Part shown: positions 27,994 to 36,080 of the stretch, piece by piece
Layout of the letters: each line of letters starts with the position of its first letter
Numbering within the stretch: position 1 is the first letter of the stretch
DNA from: Candidatus Rokuibacteriota bacterium
GTDB lineage: Bacteria > Methylomirabilota > Methylomirabilia > Rokubacteriales > CSP1-6
Length of the DNA: 64,000 nt
Assembly (NCBI GenBank): GCA_003220315.1
Contig: QHSA01000134.1
Span: forward strand, 2,759-66,758
Direction of reading: 5' to 3'
Notes under the pieces: generated by a model
What the model was told of the DNA's origin: nothing
What the model saw: only the letters and a program-made list of their open reading frames with translations
Database searches by the model: none
Program-made: the position numbers and the translations under genes

Positions 27994-29540
27994 CGCTTCT
28001 GATCCTGGAGCCCGTCCGGCGTCACCACCACGCCGGCCTGGCCTGCCTGCCGCATCTGATAGGGAAGCCCCAGCTTGTCGAGGACCGTCCGGAGCTCCGA
28101 CTCGCCATGGGCGTCGAGGAACTCGACGCTGATCACCGCGAGGTTGGAGACCTTGCCTTGGCTGTCCTGGAGCTGGACGACCTGCGCGTTCCGCTGATGA
28201 TCGTGGAAGTCGTAGATCGTGCACATCGGAAATTCGTGATGCAGGTACTCGCGCACCGAGGCGATCTTCGCCTCGGTGTCGTTCAGGAGGGGCTTCTCGG
28301 GGAATCTCCCGGTCTTCGTGTCGTCGAGCGGGGCCGTCTCGGGGAACTTCTCGATCTTCACGTCGTCGAGCGCGGGTTTCTCGAGAAACTGCCCGATCCT
28401 CACGTTGTCGAGTGCGGGCTTCTCGAGAAACGCCCCGACCTTCACGTTGTCAAGTGCGGGCTTCTCGAGAAACGCCCCGACCTTCGCGTCGTCGAGCGGG
28501 GTCTTCTCGAGGAACTTCCGCCACTGCGGCACCAGCTCGCCATTCGGCGGGAGCTTGACGACGTCGAGCAGCGCGCGCCGCATGGCGTCCGCGTGTCGCC
28601 CGGCGCCTCCGTTGTGGAAGGGTCCGACGTGCGCGCCTACGGGCTCCTTCTCGGGCTCTGGCGTCGGGCTCACTGGCCTTTCGTGCGCGGCGACGGGGAC
28701 AGGGTCGGCCGAGCGAGGGTCGAACGTGCCGGCGAGCTTCTCGAGGAACTTCCGCCATGCGGGGGTCATCTCGTGCTCGTCGTCCAGCCTGGCGTCGGCC
28801 GCCGGTGCTGCCGGCTGCGACACGGGCTCCCGGGACGGCATCGCGGGGGCCGGGGTCTCGGCGACCGGTGCACTCGAGGCAGCGGCCCACGCCGTGGACT
28901 CAGCCTGTCTGGGTGAGCCATGGGGCGCCTGCGTCTCGGGTGTCAGGAGGCCGAACCACCGGGACGGTTGCGCGGGCTCGGCGGCCGGACGCGACGCCGC
29001 GAGCGGCGCCGGGCGGCCGAAGACAACGGGGTCCGCGGGCGCGGCGGCGGCAGTCGCCGGCGGCGTGGCTCGCGCGGGCTCGGTTGCCGCCCAGTCGACG
29101 GGGTCGAGGTAGAATCCGGTCGCCTCGTTGACCTCGACGCACCGATACTCGAAGCAGTTCACGGCCGGGAAAGCCAGCAGCCTGATCTTTCTGAGGAACG
29201 ACTCGGGCAGGCGCTCGGCGATGAACACGACGCGCGGAGGCCAGCCACCGGCGCTGTCGCCCCCCGGCATCAGACGCCGGACGGACTCCGGATACTCGAG
29301 CGTCCACGCGTAGGCCTCGACCATCCTGAAGAGCATCGTGTCGTCGCCCGTGAAGCCGAGCGCGATGAGCGCCGGCGTCTTGCGTCGATCCACGCCGACG
29401 AGCTCGACTGTCGACCGGCCGAAGTTGACGGTGGTGGAGAGTACGCGGAAGCCAGGCTCCACCGCTTCAGCGTTTTCGGCGACAAGCGCCTGGAGCTGGG
29501 ACAGGTCCTTGACTTCGTGCTTCCTGAATGTCAGCTTCAT
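27990..29540 (-). CDS. hypothetical protein: degenerate PD-(D/E)xK-like N-domain, Pro/Ala linker, six 14-aa repeats, conserved-looking C-domain
   Basis: Long ORF from ATG 29540 (MKLTFRKHEV) with coding-like codon usage; a sigma54 promoter lies immediately upstream. Confidence 0.7.
   Translation of the reverse strand: MKLTFRKHEVKDLSQLQALVAENAEAVEPGFRVLSTTVNFGRSTVELVGVDRRKTPALIALGFTGDDTMLFRMVEAYAWTLEYPESVRRLMPGGDSAGGWPPRVVFIAERLPESFLRKIRLLAFPAVNCFEYRCVEVNEATGFYLDPVDWAATEPARATPPATAAAAPADPVVFGRPAPLAASRPAAEPAQPSRWFGLLTPETQAPHGSPRQAESTAWAAASSAPVAETPAPAMPSREPVSQPAAPAADARLDDEHEMTPAWRKFLEKLAGTFDPRSADPVPVAAHERPVSPTPEPEKEPVGAHVGPFHNGGAGRHADAMRRALLDVVKLPPNGELVPQWRKFLEKTPLDDAKVGAFLEKPALDNVKVGAFLEKPALDNVRIGQFLEKPALDDVKIEKFPETAPLDDTKTGRFPEKPLLNDTEAKIASVREYLHHEFPMCTIYDFHDHQRNAQVVQLQDSQGKVSNLAVISVEFLDAHGESELRTVLDKLGLPYQMRQAGQAGVVVTPDGLQDQKR
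28263..28514 (-). repeat. in-frame 42-bp x6 tandem repeat (FLEKPALDNVKVGA-type)
   Basis: Units: FLEKTPLDDAKVGA, FLEKPALDNVKVGA, FLEKPALDNVRIGQ, FLEKPALDDVKIEK, FPETAPLDDTKTGR, FPEKPLLNDTEAKI. Confidence 0.85.
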
Positions 29541-29554
29541 TCGGACACTGATCG

Positions 29555-29570
29555 AGCAACCGGTGTGCCA
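29555..29570 (-). promoter_or_regulatory. sigma54 (-24/-12) promoter
   Basis: Minus strand reads TGGCAC-ACCGG-TTGCT, a full match to TGGCAC-N5-TTGCW; ends 14 bp before ATG 29540. Confidence 0.75.
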
Positions 29571-29712
29571 GTGGCGGAGGCCCACTCCAGCCCGCCGAAT
29601 CAAGAGGTTAGGGCGGCGTGGACGCTCTGGACCCTGTCAGGGGCCGGCCACAGTGGCACACGCGAACACGACCGGCCGTCACGCGGGGTCGAGCGTAGTG
29701 ATCGGCCAGAAA

Positions 29713-29737
29713 TTGACCAGTGTTGACAGGCGGTCAA
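29713..29737. promoter_or_regulatory. nested inverted repeat (TTGACC-N13-GGTCAA containing TTGAC-N5-GTCAA), candidate enhancer (UAS)
   Basis: Sequence ttgaccagtgttgacaggcggtcaa; located ~95 and ~140 bp upstream of the two divergent sigma54 boxes. Confidence 0.5.
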
Positions 29738-29831
29738 AATCTAGGCATGTGGTCTCGTGCCTTGGTAGGAGGCAGGGTCTTAACGCGTTGATTCCAAGAG
29801 AAAAGAGGGATGAGGCCCCACTCAAGGACCG

Positions 29832-29847
29832 TGGCACCCGGATTGCT
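29832..29847 (+). promoter_or_regulatory. sigma54 (-24/-12) promoter
   Basis: TGGCAC-CCGGA-TTGCT (GG-N10-GC), upstream of the first GAF-GGDEF gene. Confidence 0.75.
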
Positions 29848-29901
29848 GGCTCTAGGGAATCTGATGGCACCGTCCGAGCCCACGGTGGACCGGCGTTGGG
29901 A

Positions 29902-30972
29902 ATGACGGCCACTGAAACCATGTCGCTTGCGATCAACCTCACCGAGGCGTTCCGTGACCTCGTGCAGATCGGCATCGCCCTCACGAGCGAGCGGGACCTC
30001 GCGACGCTGCTGCACCGGATCCTGACCGAGGCGCGTCGCTTCACGCGCGCCGAGGCGGGCACGCTCTTCCTTCGCGAGAAGGACGAGCTGCACTTCGCGG
30101 TCGTCCAGAACGACCGGCTCGCCCGACGGCTGGGCGACCCGGAGATGCAGCGTCTGTTGCAGTCCGAGCCCCTGAAGCTCTCCGAGCCGAGCTTGGCCGG
30201 CCACGTCGCGCTGATGGGCGAGATCGTCAACCTTCCCGACACCTACGCGATCCCGCCAGACCGACCCTACAGCTTCTATCCGCTCTTCGACGTCCGATGC
30301 GACTACAAGACCCGGTCGGCCCTCGTGGTGCCGCTCCAGGACCCGGCCGGGAACATCTTCGGGGTCCTCGAGCTCATCAACGCCCTCGACGAGAGCGGAC
30401 GCGTCGTACCGTTCGACGTCGAGTACGAGGGCCTCGTGCGCTCGCTCGCCTCGCAAGCCGCCGTCGCGATCCGAAACGCGCGGCTCGAGGACCTCTCGTT
30501 CAAGGACGCGTTGACGGATGTGTACAACCGGCGGTACTTCATCGTGCGCATCGAGGAGGAATCCCGGCGGCACCTGCGGTTCGCCGAGCCAGTGTCGCTC
30601 GTCTTGCTGGACCTCGATCGCTTCAAGGACGTGAACGACCGGTTCGGGCACCGCGCGGGCGACGAGGCGTTGCGCGAGGTCGCGCAGGTCCTGCTCAAGC
30701 ACTCGCGGAACTTTACCGTCGTCACCCGGTACGGGGGCGACGAGTTCGCGGTGCTCCTGGTCAACACGGGCAAGGACGGCGCGGTCGCGTACGGGGAGCG
30801 GATCCGCGAGGTCATCGCGGAGCACGCCTTCGCCCACGGCACCGTGACCGTCAGTCTGGGTGTCGCGAGCCTCCCGGAGGATGCCGCGAGCGGCGACGAC
30901 CTCGTGGTCGCCGCGGACAAGGCGATGTACGAGGCGAAGCGCCTGGGCCGGAATCGCGTCGTCGCGGTCTAG
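29902..30972 (+). CDS. GAF-GGDEF diguanylate cyclase (paralogue 1)
   Basis: GAF (DYKTRSALVVPL...GVLELIN), DLDRFKDVNDRFGH and RYGGDEF. Start 29902 or 29920. Confidence 0.92.
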   Translation: MTATETMSLAINLTEAFRDLVQIGIALTSERDLATLLHRILTEARRFTRAEAGTLFLREKDELHFAVVQNDRLARRLGDPEMQRLLQSEPLKLSEPSLAGHVALMGEIVNLPDTYAIPPDRPYSFYPLFDVRCDYKTRSALVVPLQDPAGNIFGVLELINALDESGRVVPFDVEYEGLVRSLASQAAVAIRNARLEDLSFKDALTDVYNRRYFIVRIEEESRRHLRFAEPVSLVLLDLDRFKDVNDRFGHRAGDEALREVAQVLLKHSRNFTVVTRYGGDEFAVLLVNTGKDGAVAYGERIREVIAEHAFAHGTVTVSLGVASLPEDAASGDDLVVAADKAMYEAKRLGRNRVVAV

Positions 30973-30998
30973 GCACTCTGGAACGTCGGGAGGCCACG

Positions 30999-32060
30999 CT
31001 GGCGCCACCGGAACCCCCAGCCATCGATCTCACCCAGGCCTTCAGAGAGCTGGTGCAGATCGGGATCACGCTGACCAGCGAGCGCGACCTGAGCGTCCTG
31101 CTGGAGCGGATTCTGACCGAGGCGCGTCGCTTCACGCGCGCCGAGGCCGGCACGCTGTTCCTCCGCGATGGTGAGCAGCTCCGCTTCGCCGTGGTCCAGA
31201 ACGACCGGCTGTCGGGGAAGCTCGGCACGGAGGAGATGCGGCGTCAGTTCGAGGAGCAGCCCCTCGACCTCCGCGAGATGAGCCTCGCCGGGCACGTCGC
31301 GCTCACGGGCGACATCCTGAACCTTCCCGAGCCCTACGCGATCCCGCCCGACCGGCCGTACAGCTTCGACGCGCGGGTGGACGCGCGCATGAACTACCGG
31401 ACCGAGTCCATCCTCGTGGTGCCGCTCCAGGGCCCCTCGGGGAACATCCTCGGCGTGCTCGAGCTGATCAACGCCCTTGACGGGGGTCGAGTGGTCCCCT
31501 TCGCCCCCCAGTACGAGCCCCTCGTGCGAGCGCTCGCCGCGCAGGCCGCCGTCGCGATCCGCAACGCGCGACTCGAGGACCTGTCGCTGAAGGACGCGCT
31601 GACGGACGTGTACAACCGTCGGTACTTCATGATTCGCCTGGAGGAGGAGTTCAAGCGCCACACGCGGTTCCGCGAGCCGCTGTCGCTGGTCATGCTCGAC
31701 GTCGACCACTTCAAAGAGGTCAACGACCGCTTCGGCCACCGGGCGGGTGACGAGGTGCTCCGCGGCATCGCCGCGCTCCTCCTGAGGCACTCGCGCAGCT
31801 TCAGCGTCGTCACCAGGTACGGAGGCGACGAGTTCGCCATCGTCCTCGTCAACACCCCCAAGGACGGCGCCCTGACGTACGCCGAGCGGATCCGGTCCGT
31901 CGTGGCGGAGTACGAGTTCCGCCACGGCATCGTCACCGTCAGTCTGGGCGCAGCCTCCTTGCCCGAGGACGGCGCCTGCGGCGACGACCTCGTCGTCGCC
32001 GCCGACAAGGCACTCTACGATGCGAAGCGGCTGGGACGGAATCGAGTCGCGCCGCTCTGA
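30999..32060 (+). CDS. GAF-GGDEF diguanylate cyclase (paralogue 2); probable CTG start
   Basis: DVDHFKEVNDRFGH and RYGGDEF; collinear with paralogue 1; GGAGG 5 nt before the in-frame CTG at 30999. Confidence 0.85.
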   Translation: MAPPEPPAIDLTQAFRELVQIGITLTSERDLSVLLERILTEARRFTRAEAGTLFLRDGEQLRFAVVQNDRLSGKLGTEEMRRQFEEQPLDLREMSLAGHVALTGDILNLPEPYAIPPDRPYSFDARVDARMNYRTESILVVPLQGPSGNILGVLELINALDGGRVVPFAPQYEPLVRALAAQAAVAIRNARLEDLSLKDALTDVYNRRYFMIRLEEEFKRHTRFREPLSLVMLDVDHFKEVNDRFGHRAGDEVLRGIAALLLRHSRSFSVVTRYGGDEFAIVLVNTPKDGALTYAERIRSVVAEYEFRHGIVTVSLGAASLPEDGACGDDLVVAADKALYDAKRLGRNRVAPL

Positions 32061-32068
32061 GCGGGGTC

Positions 32069-33112
32069 ATGGCTGACCTGACGCGACTCCTCGACGAGCT
32101 CCTCGAGATCGGGATCGCGCTCACGAGCGAGCGGGATCTCGGGGCGCTCCTCGAGCGCATCCTCTCGCAGGCCCGGCGCGTCACGCGTGCGGAGGCCGGC
32201 ACGGTGTTCCTGCGCGACGGCGACCACCTCCGCTTCGCGGTCGTCCAGAACGACTTCCTCGAGGCGCGGCTGGGCAAGCGCGAGATGGAACGACGGCTGC
32301 AGGCCGAGCCGATGCCGCTCGGCGAGCCGAGCCTGGCCGGCCACGTCGCCCAGACCGGGGAGCTCATCAACGTGAGCGACGCGTACGCGATCGTCGGGCA
32401 ACGGACCGTGGCGTTCAACAAGACGGTCGACGAGACGACCGACTACGCGACCCGCTCCGTCTTCGTCGTGCCGCTCCAGGACATCAACGGCAACATCGTG
32501 GGCGTGCTCGAGCTCCTCAACGCCCTGGGCGAGGACGGCTCGGTCGTCCCGTTCGACCCGGGGTACGAGAAGCTGGTCCGCGCCCTCGCCTCCCAGGCTG
32601 CCCTGGCGATCCGCAACGCGCGGCTCGAAGACCTGTCGTTCAAGGACCCGCTGACCGATCTGTTCAACCGGCGTTACTTCGCGCTCCGCCTCGACGAGGA
32701 GGCCAAACGCGCCGCGCGCTTCGGCCACCCCCTGTCGCTCGTCTACCTCGACCTCGACGACTTCAAGAAGCTGAACGAGGACAAGGGGCGGCCGGCGGGC
32801 GACGAGGTGCTCAGGGAGGTGGCGCGGCTCCTCGTGAAGCACTCGCGCAGCTTCACGATCGTGGCGCGCCGGGAGGGCGACGACTTCGCCGTGATCCTGG
32901 CGAACACGCCGAAGGCCGGCGCGATGAGCTATGCCGAGCGCATCCGGGGCGTCCTCGAGCAGCACCCGTTCCCGCCGGGCCCGGTCACGGCGAGCCTCGG
33001 CGTAGCGGCCTTCCCCGCCGACGCGGCCAGCGCCGAGGACCTCATGGCCCGGGCCGAGCAGGCGCTCACCGAGGGGAAATCGCGCGGCCGGAATCGCGTC
33101 GCGCAGCGCTGA
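32069..33112 (+). CDS. GAF-GGDEF protein (paralogue 3) with degenerate active site
   Basis: RREGDDF replaces RYGGDEF; NEDKGR replaces NDxxGH. Confidence 0.88.
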   Translation: MADLTRLLDELLEIGIALTSERDLGALLERILSQARRVTRAEAGTVFLRDGDHLRFAVVQNDFLEARLGKREMERRLQAEPMPLGEPSLAGHVAQTGELINVSDAYAIVGQRTVAFNKTVDETTDYATRSVFVVPLQDINGNIVGVLELLNALGEDGSVVPFDPGYEKLVRALASQAALAIRNARLEDLSFKDPLTDLFNRRYFALRLDEEAKRAARFGHPLSLVYLDLDDFKKLNEDKGRPAGDEVLREVARLLVKHSRSFTIVARREGDDFAVILANTPKAGAMSYAERIRGVLEQHPFPPGPVTASLGVAAFPADAASAEDLMARAEQALTEGKSRGRNRVAQR

Positions 33113-33139
33113 GCCTCTCGGTCGACCACGGTCCCCTTC

Positions 33140-34180
33140 TCAGACGCGCGCTTCCTCGCAGTAGAGCCCGAGCGCGCGGAGCGCCGGCTCGTCGTTGAAC
33201 TGGAAGAGAGCGGCCGGCGCAGACGGCGCCGCGTTCCGGTGCTCGACGAAGTGCCACGGCGGCGCCACGAACGTGTCACCGGCCTCCCACGCGAGCCGCG
33301 CGTCACCGATGCGCGACTCGCCGCGCCCCTCGAGCACGTGATAGACGGCGCTCGCCGTGCGGCGCGCGGCGGGCGTCGTCTCGCCCGGGCGGAGCCACTG
33401 GCACTCGCAGCCCATCGTCGGCAGTGGCGGCGCCCCGGTCCTTGGATTGACGTAGGCGAGCGCCACGGGCGCCCCCGCCGGCGCCGCGTCCGCCATGCTG
33501 GCGAGCGCGCGGCGCACGGTGGCCCAGGGCCACCGCACCTGCGGGTATCCGGTGTCCTCGTAACGCGACTGGCGCGGCACGAGCCCGGCCGCGGTGAACT
33601 CGTCCTGCGACGAGTCGACCGTGGTGGACGGCGGCGGCGCCGGTCGCATCTTCGACGCCCAGCTCGCGTCGACGCTGCGTACGAGCGGGAGGTCGAGACC
33701 GTCGAGCCACACGACCGGCCGGGACCCTTCGTGGCCGTGATCGTGCCAGCGCATCGGCGGCGTGATGATCAGGTCGCCCGGCTCCATCGCGCACCTGACG
33801 CCGTCCACGCTGGTGAAGGCGCCGTGCCCCTCGACGACCAGCCGGAGCGCCGCGGGCGTGTGGTGGTGGCTGGGCGCGGCCTCGCCGGGCAGGATGATTT
33901 GCAGCCCCGCGAAGAGGGTCGAGGTGACGGCGTACGCCCCGTCGAGGCCGGGGTTCTTCAAGACGAGCACGCGACGCTCCGCCTGCTCGATCGGTACAAG
34001 CCGTGCCGCCTCGAGCAGGAGCGGGCGGAGGTCCTGCCACCGCCAGCGGTGCGGCACCGCGGCCGTCACGCGCTCGTTCGGCAGGAGGACATGGAGGGCG
34101 GTCCAGAGCGGTCCCAGGGAGAGGGCGTCCAGCGCCTCCCTGAAGGGGGGCGGGAGGCTCGCGTCGCGTGTCGTCACCAT
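33140..34180 (-). CDS. gtdA: gentisate 1,2-dioxygenase-like bicupin
   Basis: ERRVLVLKNPG, TLFAGLQIILPGE..PSHHHTPAALR, WHDHG and WEAGDTFVAPPW. ATG 34180. Confidence 0.8.
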   Translation of the reverse strand: MVTTRDASLPPPFREALDALSLGPLWTALHVLLPNERVTAAVPHRWRWQDLRPLLLEAARLVPIEQAERRVLVLKNPGLDGAYAVTSTLFAGLQIILPGEAAPSHHHTPAALRLVVEGHGAFTSVDGVRCAMEPGDLIITPPMRWHDHGHEGSRPVVWLDGLDLPLVRSVDASWASKMRPAPPPSTTVDSSQDEFTAAGLVPRQSRYEDTGYPQVRWPWATVRRALASMADAAPAGAPVALAYVNPRTGAPPLPTMGCECQWLRPGETTPAARRTASAVYHVLEGRGESRIGDARLAWEAGDTFVAPPWHFVEHRNAAPSAPAALFQFNDEPALRALGLYCEEARV

Positions 34181-34229
34181 CGGAGTGGGACCGATGATAC
34201 CCGGCCACGCCACGAGCGGCGACGCCTTC

Positions 34230-34246
34230 TTGACATGTATACATCT
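34230..34246. promoter_or_regulatory. TTGACA box overlapping palindrome ATGTATACAT, candidate GntR operator
   Basis: ttgaca at 34230-34235; atgtatacat at 34235-34244 (acatgtatacatct, 1 mismatch over 14); lies between divergent gtdA and gntR. Confidence 0.6.
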
Positions 34247-34268
34247 CGTATGTAATCGTTCGCCGCCG

Positions 34269-34922
34269 ATGACGACGCGCGCGCGGGCCCGGACGTATCT
34301 GGCCGACACGGTCTACGCCGCGCTGCGCCAGGCCCTCCTCGACCGCGAGTTCGATCCGGGCGAGCCGCTCACCGAGCTCGAGCTCAGCCGGCGGTTCCGG
34401 GTGAGCCGGACGCCCGTCCGCGAGGCGCTCGCCAAGCTCGAGCGCGACCACCTCGTGCGCGTGGTCCCGAAGAAGGGCGCGTTCGTGCGCACGCTGTCGC
34501 ACGACGAGCTCCGCGACCTCTACGAGGTGCGCGAGGCGCTCGAGGCCTTGGCGGTCCGGCTCGGGGGGCCACGCGTGAGCCGCGAGGAGCTCGAGGGCTT
34601 CGAGGCGCGCTTCCGCGAGCTCCGGGCGCGTGGCTCCAGGGCCACCGCCACCGAGGTGCGCCCGCTTGGCGAGGAGCTCCACCAGTACCTGCTCAAGCGA
34701 GCCGAGAATGCGAAGCTCGTCGACGTCCTCGAGCACATGCGCGAGCAGGTCCGACCCGTCTGGACCATGGCCATCGTGGCGCCCCGGCGCGTCCAGGCGC
34801 TCGTCCGCGAGCACCTCGCGATCATCGACGCGCTCAAGCGGCGAGACGTGCGCCGCGCGGAGCGGCTGATGACGCTCCACGTACGGCGCGTCCGCGACGC
34901 GATCTTCCGGCTGGTCGACTGA
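34269..34922 (+). CDS. GntR family transcriptional regulator (FCD type)
   Basis: ELELSRRFRVSRTPVREAL HTH, LYEVREALE and EHLAIIDAL. Confidence 0.92.
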   Translation: MTTRARARTYLADTVYAALRQALLDREFDPGEPLTELELSRRFRVSRTPVREALAKLERDHLVRVVPKKGAFVRTLSHDELRDLYEVREALEALAVRLGGPRVSREELEGFEARFRELRARGSRATATEVRPLGEELHQYLLKRAENAKLVDVLEHMREQVRPVWTMAIVAPRRVQALVREHLAIIDALKRRDVRRAERLMTLHVRRVRDAIFRLVD

Positions 34923-35039
34923 GTGGCAGTGCGGACCTTAGAATACGCGGGGCCGCAGTGCGAGCCGCAGCCGCAGGCGAGGCGAGTCTGTGATCGAGCC
35001 CCCCGCCGTCCGAGGTGAGCCAATGAAAAGGAGCCTCCC

Positions 35040-35723
35040 ATGACCGCGCCGAGCCCGTTCCGTAAGGAGCTCGAGGCCGCCGTCAATGCCCGGCACAGCC
35101 GGCTGAACCCGTTCACCGAGAAGTGGGTGAAGGGCGAGCTGTCGCGCGCCCAGCTCGGCGCGTGGGCGGCACAGCACTACCAGTACGTGTCGCAGTTCCC
35201 GCGGTGGTGCGCCACCGTGTACGGCGAGTGCCCGGACCCGGACGCGCGCGACTTCCTGCTCGAGAACATCATCGAGGAGGAGTCGGGAACCAAGCACGTG
35301 GATCTCCTGATCCGCTTCGCCGAGGCGTGCGGCGTGAGCCGCGCCGAGGTCGAGACCGCGCGGCAGCTACCGACCACACGCGGGCTCACCGCCTGGTGCT
35401 ACGAGATGTCCCATCGGTCGTTCCACATCGCCGCGGCGGGGCTCCTGGTCGGCCTCGAGTCACAGGTGCCGGGCATCTACAGGCGCAACCTGCCGCCGCT
35501 CAAGACGCACTACGGCTTCACCGACCACGAGGTCGAGTTCTTCGCGATCCACATCGAGGCCGACGAGGTGCACGGCGAGCGCGGCTACGCGATCGTCGAG
35601 CGTCACGCGACGACCGCCGAGAAGAAGGCCGAGGCGATCGAGGCCGTGCGTCAGGCCACCCTGATGCGTTGGCAGTACATGACCGGGCTCCACCGCGCCT
35701 TCATCCTGAAGGAAGAGCCGTAG
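35040..35723 (+). CDS. heme-oxygenase-like diiron oxidase (TenA/PqqC/CADD superfamily)
   Basis: Diiron ligand motifs EEES.TKH, LESQ and HIEADEVH. Confidence 0.82.
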   Translation: MTAPSPFRKELEAAVNARHSRLNPFTEKWVKGELSRAQLGAWAAQHYQYVSQFPRWCATVYGECPDPDARDFLLENIIEEESGTKHVDLLIRFAEACGVSRAEVETARQLPTTRGLTAWCYEMSHRSFHIAAAGLLVGLESQVPGIYRRNLPPLKTHYGFTDHEVEFFAIHIEADEVHGERGYAIVERHATTAEKKAEAIEAVRQATLMRWQYMTGLHRAFILKEEP

Positions 35724-35769
35724 GCGAGTCGGTGATCGTGGCAGGGGGAGCCGCAGGCGAGGCGCGTCC

Positions 35770-36078
35770 ATGCCTCTGATCCGCGTGGCCCGCCTGGACG
35801 AGCTCCCGGCGGGCCAGCTCACGCGGGTGGAGGCGGGCGGCACGCGCATCGTCCTGGCCCGCGTCAAGGACGAGGTCTTCGCGTGCAACGATGTCTGCGC
35901 CCACCAGGGCGGCCCGCTGAGCGAGGGCAAGCTCTCCGGGGCGCGCCTCGCCTGCCCCTGGCACGGGTGGATGTACGACGTACGTACCGGTGAGTGCGTG
36001 CTACCCGGGCGCGGCCACCGCGTGGCGAGCTATCCGATCCGGATCGACGCGGGCGAGGTCTGGGTGGAGGTCCCCTGA
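35770..36078 (+). CDS. Rieske [2Fe-2S] ferredoxin
   Basis: CAHQG...CPWHG. Confidence 0.92.
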   Translation: MPLIRVARLDELPAGQLTRVEAGGTRIVLARVKDEVFACNDVCAHQGGPLSEGKLSGARLACPWHGWMYDVRTGECVLPGRGHRVASYPIRIDAGEVWVEVP

Positions 36079-36080
36079 CG

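Noticed and set aside
28263-28514. Pentapeptide repeat or CRISPR-like repeat
   Set aside because: The period is 14 aa (42 bp), in frame, with no spacers and no A(D/N)Lxx pattern.
29653-29670. Additional sigma54 boxes (TGGCAC at about 29654 and 29865)
   Set aside because: No TTGC/GC at the -12 position.
35040-35723. pqqC, or a CADD-type pABA synthase
   Set aside because: No PqqC-specific motifs or pqq operon, and the CADD sacrificial Tyr27/Lys152 equivalents are absent.
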